Sequence record: DRR723986_6138
Direction: 5' to 3' (one strand)
DNA: 35,147 nt
The notes under the pieces were generated by a model. It searched no databases. It worked only from the letters and a program-made list of their open reading frames with translations, and had not been told where the DNA came from. The translations under genes were made by a program, and so were the position numbers. Below, in pieces: positions 28,280 through 35,147 of the stretch (position 1 is its first letter; every line of letters begins with the position of its first letter).

Positions 28280-29539
28280 ATGGCCATCTCCAACGCGCTC
28301 CTCCTCTTGGCCCAGGCAGCCGTTTATTTCATCGTCATGATGAGCCTTCTGCGGGCTCGTCAGGTGATCGGTATCGGCGTCTTCATGTGCGCGCTTGGTG
28401 TGATGCATTTCCTGGAAACATATCTCGCCAGCGTCTTTTACATCGAGTTGCCGTTCGGCATCGTCTCCCCCGGGTCGACAGTGCTTTTTTCCGGCAAGCT
28501 TCTGATGATCCTGCTGCTCTACATCCGCGAGGATGCGCTGATCGTCCGCCAGCCGATCTACGGCCTGTTGATCGGTAACTTCCTGATCGTCGCACTGGTG
28601 ATGATCCTGCGGAACCACGATACCATCTCGGTCACGGACGGCCGCAATCCGGATTTCGCCTTTATCGATGAAATGGGGCTGCTGATGGTCTGGGGCACCA
28701 TCTTGCTGTTTGTCGACGCGATCGCGATCATCGTGCTTTATGAGCGGATCGGCAATTGGGTCGGGCGGCACCTGGGCCTGCGTTTCCTGATCTGCGGCGC
28801 GGCAGTGCTGACTTTCGACCAGGCCGGGTTCTTCCTGGCTCTGCATTATGTTTCCGGTGCACCCTGGCATGTGTTTGTCGGCGGCTGGGCGGCCAAGATG
28901 GTGGCTACGCTGGTCTATACGGCGCTGTTCATCCTCTACCTGAAGTATTTCGACAACGAGAGCAGCTGGCTCACCAACAGGTCCTTCAAGGACGTGTTTC
29001 AGGTGCTGACCTACCGGGAGCGCTATCACAAGCTTCTGGAAGCTTCCATTCGCGATCACCTGACCGGCACGCTTCACCGCAGCCAGTACGACCAGAATGC
29101 GCCCAAGATCCTGGCCAAGAACCTGCAGGAAAAGCGACCCCTGTCCCTGCTCGTGATCGACATCGATCACTTCAAGCAGGTGAACGACCGGCATGGCCAC
29201 CAGGCCGGTGACGAGATCCTGAAGATGGTTGCCCGGCTTCTGGCCGACAACCTGCGTTCAGACGATCACCTCTACAGGGTGGGCGGCGAAGAGTTCGTGC
29301 TTCTGTGCGAGAAGCTGTCGGTGGAAGGCGCGACCTCCATGGCCGAGCGGTTGCGCAAGGCGATCGAGCGCTTCAGCAAGATCTATCTTCCGGAAAAGGT
29401 AACGGTCAGCATTGGTCTGGCCAGTGCGCCGCAGGACGGCGAGACCATGGAGGCCCTGTTCCGGCAGGCGGACCTTCGCCTCTATGAAGCCAAGAAACAG
29501 GGGCGCAACCGGGTCTTCAGTCCGGTCACGGTGGATTAG
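28280..29539 (+). CDS. Diguanylate cyclase with about 7 N-terminal TM segments
   Basis: DHLTG, IDIDHFKQVNDRHGHQAGD, I-site RSDD, active site GGEEF, VTVSIG, AD..LY.AK..GRN. Confidence 0.93.
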   Translation: MAISNALLLLAQAAVYFIVMMSLLRARQVIGIGVFMCALGVMHFLETYLASVFYIELPFGIVSPGSTVLFSGKLLMILLLYIREDALIVRQPIYGLLIGNFLIVALVMILRNHDTISVTDGRNPDFAFIDEMGLLMVWGTILLFVDAIAIIVLYERIGNWVGRHLGLRFLICGAAVLTFDQAGFFLALHYVSGAPWHVFVGGWAAKMVATLVYTALFILYLKYFDNESSWLTNRSFKDVFQVLTYRERYHKLLEASIRDHLTGTLHRSQYDQNAPKILAKNLQEKRPLSLLVIDIDHFKQVNDRHGHQAGDEILKMVARLLADNLRSDDHLYRVGGEEFVLLCEKLSVEGATSMAERLRKAIERFSKIYLPEKVTVSIGLASAPQDGETMEALFRQADLRLYEAKKQGRNRVFSPVTVD

Positions 29540-29572
29540 ACCAATCTGGTAAGCCAAAGCATTTGAAAAAGA

Positions 29573-29601
29573 AAAAGCCCTGGAACCGGTCCAGGGCTTT
29601 T
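29573..29601. terminator. Bidirectional Rho-independent terminator
   Basis: AAAAGCCCTGGA-ACCGG-TCCAGGGCTTTT between the convergent GGDEF gene and serA. Confidence 0.85.
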
Positions 29602-29624
29602 GTCGTTTCTGAAGGCCGGGGCGA

Positions 29625-30869
29625 TCAGACCCGGTTAAGCAGCCTTGCCCGGATGGTGTTGGGCAGGGTGCGGATCTCTTCCAGAATGCTGACCGGATCT
29701 TCCACCGGGCTGTCGACATCCAGAACAACGTAGCCGATGTCCAGATGGGACTGCATGTACTGGGCGCAGATGTTGAGGTTGTGCCGGGTGAAGAGGTCGT
29801 TCAGCGTGCGCATGGCACCGGGAGCATTGTGGTGCACCTGGATGAAACGCGTGGCCGACGTGCCCTTGGGCAGTTGAACCTGCGGGAACGAGACGGCGCC
29901 GATGGTGGACCCGACATCGGAGTATTCCACCAGTCGCTTGGAGACTTCCTCACCGATCCGGTCCTGGGCCTCTTCCGTCGAACCACCCACGTGCGGGGTC
30001 AGGATAACGTTGTCGAGGCCGCGCAGAGGCGACAGGAATTCGTCCTTGTTGGACTTCGGCTCGACCGGGAAGACGTCGATGGCAGCGCCTGCCAGGTGAC
30101 CGGACTTCAGCGCGGCGGCCAGAGCGTCGATATCGACAACCTTGCCGCGGGCGTTGTTGATCAGGAACGCGCCCTTCTTCATCTTCGAAATCTGGTCAGC
30201 ACCGAACATGTCGCGCGTTTCCGGCGTATCGGGAACATGCAGGGACACGACATCGGATTCAGCCAGCAGGCCATCGAGGCTTTCGGACGGCATCACGTTG
30301 CCGTGCTGCAGCTTGTCGACGAGATCGAAGTAGATCACCCGCAAGCCCATGGCCTCGGCCAGGTTCGACAACTGCGTGCCGATATTGCCGTAGCCGACGA
30401 TACCCAGTGTCTTGCCGCGAACTTCGTGGGAACCGGCAGCGCTTTTCATCCAGCGGCCTTCGTGGGCCGCGGTGGATTTCGGGAAGACGCCACGCATCAG
30501 CATGACGATTTCGGCAACGGTGAGTTCGGCCACGGATCTCGTGTTGGAGAAGGGGGCATTGAACACCGGGATGCCGCGCGTAAGCGCGCCCTTGAGGTCG
30601 ACCTGGTTGGTGCCGACGGAGAAGCAGCCGACAGCAACCAGGCTCTTGGCCGCTTCCAGAACCTCTTCGGTGACCTGGGTGCGGGAGCGGATGCCGAGCA
30701 TCTGGACGCCCTGCAGCTTGTCGATCAACGCGTCCTTTTCCAGGGCTCCGGACAGGACTTCAACGTTTGTATAACCGTGTTTTTCAAGAACCGCGCGCGC
30801 GGTCGGCGAAATGCCTTCCAGCAGCAGCCAGCGGATCTGGTTTTTCGGCCGGGAGAGACCGTGAATCAT
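29625..30869 (-). CDS. serA: D-3-phosphoglycerate dehydrogenase (short E. coli-type, C-terminal ACT domain)
   Basis: LLLEGI, GIRSRT, GTNQVDL, FNAPFSNTRSVAEL, GYGNIG, LTPHVGGSTEEAQ, ACT domain HHNAPG. Confidence 0.95.
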   Translation of the reverse strand: MIHGLSRPKNQIRWLLLEGISPTARAVLEKHGYTNVEVLSGALEKDALIDKLQGVQMLGIRSRTQVTEEVLEAAKSLVAVGCFSVGTNQVDLKGALTRGIPVFNAPFSNTRSVAELTVAEIVMLMRGVFPKSTAAHEGRWMKSAAGSHEVRGKTLGIVGYGNIGTQLSNLAEAMGLRVIYFDLVDKLQHGNVMPSESLDGLLAESDVVSLHVPDTPETRDMFGADQISKMKKGAFLINNARGKVVDIDALAAALKSGHLAGAAIDVFPVEPKSNKDEFLSPLRGLDNVILTPHVGGSTEEAQDRIGEEVSKRLVEYSDVGSTIGAVSFPQVQLPKGTSATRFIQVHHNAPGAMRTLNDLFTRHNLNICAQYMQSHLDIGYVVLDVDSPVEDPVSILEEIRTLPNTIRARLLNRV

Positions 30870-31142
30870 GGCGAAATGCCTTTTGGTCTGATTGGTTTGA
30901 ATCGCGCCGGATCGGCGCTAACAGCGCGCGTGTCGTATACGCGCTCGTTCACGTCGCGTCTAGGGCGCCATTTTGATGGAACGCAAGCCGACACCGCGCG
31001 TTTTGTCACCCCGGTGTTTGTGAAAGCGGTTGCTGACGGACGCCAGCCTGTGCCAATAAGCGGCGGGGGCGCGTTACGGCCGGATCTCCAACCGGCTGCT
31101 TGAATAATATCCAACACCAAGCGAGAGCAGGGACCCCGATCC

Positions 31143-31886
31143 ATGTTGAATTTGAGCGGGCCTCAATTCGATTACGAGCCATATCCCGTTTGCTATGTAA
31201 AAGATGTATTGCCGCCGGAAATGTACCGGTCACTCGTCGAGAGCTATCCTGACAAGGATCTGTTCAAATACATGCCAAACCTCGGACACAAATATTCTCT
31301 GTCCGACATCAATAATCCGGATAACTACTACAAGTTCCTGTCGGAGACACCTGGCTGGAAAGCGTTTTACGATCACGTGAAATCCGAGAACTTCATAGAC
31401 AACGTGCTGGATATGTTGACCGCCAACAATATCGACCTGGGCCTGCGCCGGCTCAAGGTGATTGCGAAGGATGGGCAGCGGAAGGCCAGCCTGCTGAGTC
31501 GCCTCCGTCGCCAGACCGAGATCAGTGCCCGGTTCGAGTTCTCGATGATGCCGGCAAACGGTGGTCAGATCCTGCCGCACACCGACGCTCCGCATAAATT
31601 GATCACGCTGGTTCTGTCCATGATGGAGCCGGGAGCCTGGGATCACGCATGGGGTGGTGGCACGGCGGTGTGCCTTCCCAAGGACCGGACGAAGGTCTTC
31701 AACCACATCAACAAGGCGATGCCTCTCGAGGATGTTGAAACGCTGAAGACGTTCCCGTTTGAGGAAAACCAGTGTGTCCTGTTCGTGAAGACCTACAATT
31801 CCTGGCACCACGTCGCGCCGATGAGCGGACCGGACGACGCACCCTTGCGCAAGACGCTGACGATCAATATCGAGAGCAAGATTTAG
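31143..31886 (+). CDS. 2OG-Fe(II) oxygenase family protein
   Basis: PHTD, GGGT, NSWHHV and RKTLTINI give the HxD...H triad plus the 2OG-binding Arg. Confidence 0.82.
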   Translation: MLNLSGPQFDYEPYPVCYVKDVLPPEMYRSLVESYPDKDLFKYMPNLGHKYSLSDINNPDNYYKFLSETPGWKAFYDHVKSENFIDNVLDMLTANNIDLGLRRLKVIAKDGQRKASLLSRLRRQTEISARFEFSMMPANGGQILPHTDAPHKLITLVLSMMEPGAWDHAWGGGTAVCLPKDRTKVFNHINKAMPLEDVETLKTFPFEENQCVLFVKTYNSWHHVAPMSGPDDAPLRKTLTINIESKI

Positions 31887-31893
31887 GAAAGGC

Positions 31894-31920
31894 GAGGCCT
31901 GTGGAAATGCCACAGGCCTC
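31894..31920. terminator. Perfect hairpin between convergent genes
   Basis: GAGGCCTGTGG-AAATG-CCACAGGCCTC. Confidence 0.7.
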
Positions 31921-31948
31921 TCGGTATTGCGGTGCTGTTGCACCCAAT

Positions 31949-32761
31949 TCAGTCGAGACGGCGCAGATCCCTCAATCGCAAGGCAATGGCTCGCACCGTG
32001 TCGTCGTCATATCCGAGGCCAAGGTCGTTGCGCATGAAACGGCCAAGGTCTTCCGCTTCCTCGATCAGCCACTCCCGCTTGTTGCCGCCACCGACAAACC
32101 GGGCCCGGCCGTCCAGAAAACTGATGAATCCCCGATCCGTCAGCCGGTAGAATTTCATGCTGCCCGCAAAGGACTGCCTGGGCGAGGCGGCGCACAGGAA
32201 ATTGGCGGCTTCAATGTCGACAGGGCGGACGTCTACCCGGTCAAATCCGTAGAGCGGGAACCAACCCTCCTCAGTCTGTCGTTCCAGTACGTGCTCTCCT
32301 GACACAGCTTCAAGGCGTATCCTGTAGACCTGGTCGCGGATCTGCTGGCGTTCCTCTGAAATGCGCACAGGCTCGGCAGGAGCCTGGCCGCCGAACCCGG
32401 CATCGACCAGCCATTCGCTGCCATCACATGTCACGACATGGGCAAGGTGTGAGCGTGCTCCGCCTTCCGCCGCCCCCATGCGCACCCGGGCAAGCACCTG
32501 CCGGGAGGAAAAGCCGATGGCTGCCAGTGCGTCACCCAGCAGAGAGTTCAGCTCGAAGCAGTAACCGCCGCAACGGTGTTGAACGAGCTTTTGCCAGAGG
32601 CTGTCCCGGCCAAGCTCCGGAACCTTGCCAAGAAAAGGCAGAACGTTTTCGAACGGGATTGCGCTGATCTGGGCGGCCTGCAGGGCTCGCAAGCCGTCCA
32701 GGGTGGCCGGGCACGTCTGCAGGCCAATCCGCTCAAGATAGAAATTAAGATCGAAGGGCAT
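31949..32761 (-). CDS. Arylamine N-acetyltransferase
   Basis: YLERIG, IPFEN, RCGGYCFELN (catalytic Cys), SHLAH (His), LVDAGFG (Asp); ATG 32761 preferred. Confidence 0.93.
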   Translation of the reverse strand: MPFDLNFYLERIGLQTCPATLDGLRALQAAQISAIPFENVLPFLGKVPELGRDSLWQKLVQHRCGGYCFELNSLLGDALAAIGFSSRQVLARVRMGAAEGGARSHLAHVVTCDGSEWLVDAGFGGQAPAEPVRISEERQQIRDQVYRIRLEAVSGEHVLERQTEEGWFPLYGFDRVDVRPVDIEAANFLCAASPRQSFAGSMKFYRLTDRGFISFLDGRARFVGGGNKREWLIEEAEDLGRFMRNDLGLGYDDDTVRAIALRLRDLRRLD

Positions 32762-32888
32762 CGGTAGGTTCTGTCCGGTTTCGAGGTGCCCGATGCATGT
32801 AGGCAAGTCTTCGGCTGTTGCCAAGGAACACGACGGCGGGAGTTCGCCCGATCTGCTGTGTGCCGTGCCTCAACATGCGCAGGAAAGC

Positions 32889-32923
32889 AAAAAAGGCCCG
32901 CCGCACCGGGTGCGACGGGCCTT
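32889..32923 (-). terminator. Rho-independent terminator of the ilvIH operon
   Basis: Stem AAGGCCCG.CGCAC-CGG-GTGCG.CGGGCCTT with an A6 run on the + strand (U tract on the minus strand). Confidence 0.8.
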
Positions 32924-32942
32924 GCGATCAGAAACCGATCTC

Positions 32943-33515
32943 TTAAAGGCCTTCCGGTCCACGCTGAACGGCAGCAACGCCAGTGCGGGAGACTTCGACC
33001 AGACCGAGCGGTTTCATGATGGAGATGAACTGCTCGATCTTGGAGGTCCGGCCGGTGATCTCGAAGACGAAATGTTCCGTCGTCGCGTCGATCACGGTGG
33101 TGCGAAAGGCATCTGCCAGGCGCAGGGCCTCCAGGCGCTTTTCACCGGTGCCTGCCACCTTCACCAGGGCAAGCTCACGTTCCAGCGGCTTGTCCTGGTT
33201 GGTGCGTTTGGCGCGAACGGTCAGGTCGGTTACCCGGTGCACCGGCACCAGCCGGTCGAGCTGGTGGCGGATCTGCTCGATGATCATCGGCGTACCGGTG
33301 GTCACGATGGTGATGCGGGACAGGTGTTTCTCGTGTTCGGTTTCCGACACGGTCAGGCTGTCGATGTTGTAGCCACGGCCGGAGAACAGGCCGATCACGC
33401 GGGCAAGGACACCCGGCTCGTTGTCGACGAGCAGCGATAGGGTGTGGGTTTCGATTTCGTTGCTGACTTCGGCCAGGAAATAGGCGGAAGGCGCATCAAC
33501 ATTCTGTGCGTTCAT
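32943..33515 (-). CDS. ilvH: Acetolactate synthase small regulatory subunit
   Basis: TLSLLVDNEPGVLARVIGLFSGRGYNIDSLTV; ERELALVKV; EVSRTG. Confidence 0.96.
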   Translation of the reverse strand: MNAQNVDAPSAYFLAEVSNEIETHTLSLLVDNEPGVLARVIGLFSGRGYNIDSLTVSETEHEKHLSRITIVTTGTPMIIEQIRHQLDRLVPVHRVTDLTVRAKRTNQDKPLERELALVKVAGTGEKRLEALRLADAFRTTVIDATTEHFVFEITGRTSKIEQFISIMKPLGLVEVSRTGVAAVQRGPEGL

Positions 33516-33544
33516 TTTCTTAAAGTCCTTTTGCCTATTTCACC

Positions 33545-35147
<1,603 letters not shown>

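Noticed and set aside
29745..31103. 452-aa + strand ORF
   Set aside because: Antisense shadow of serA.

Overview
GC-rich alphaproteobacterial chromosome segment; gene style and repeats suggest Stappiaceae (Roseibium/Labrenzia-like), which is inference. Housekeeping genes all lie on the minus strand: ilvI-ilvH at the right edge, then serA, pdxJ, gatC/gatA, and tetR-ilvC at the left edge. Small accessory modules are interleaved among them: an L,D-transpeptidase; a GluR0-type prokaryotic ionotropic-receptor homolog with a non-canonical pore; a LysR-regulated gamma-butyrobetaine-hydroxylase-like dioxygenase + class II aldolase pair; DJ-1/PfpI + RHH; an opgG-opgI-opgH periplasmic glucan operon; darcynin + TetR; a YHS protein; a siderophore-interacting protein with a RirA-like palindrome; LprI-MliC; ACC deaminase acdS/acdR; a Zur-boxed COG0523-DUF1826 operon; DCC1 + saccharopine-dehydrogenase/DUF4166; a GGDEF cyclase whose membrane domain resembles the VUT/YhhQ transporter family; a 2OG-Fe(II) oxygenase; and an arylamine N-acetyltransferase. 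REP-like palindromes and several terminators are visible. I see no transposase, integrase, rRNA, tRNA or CRISPR array. All family calls come from motif recognition by eye; no searches were run.
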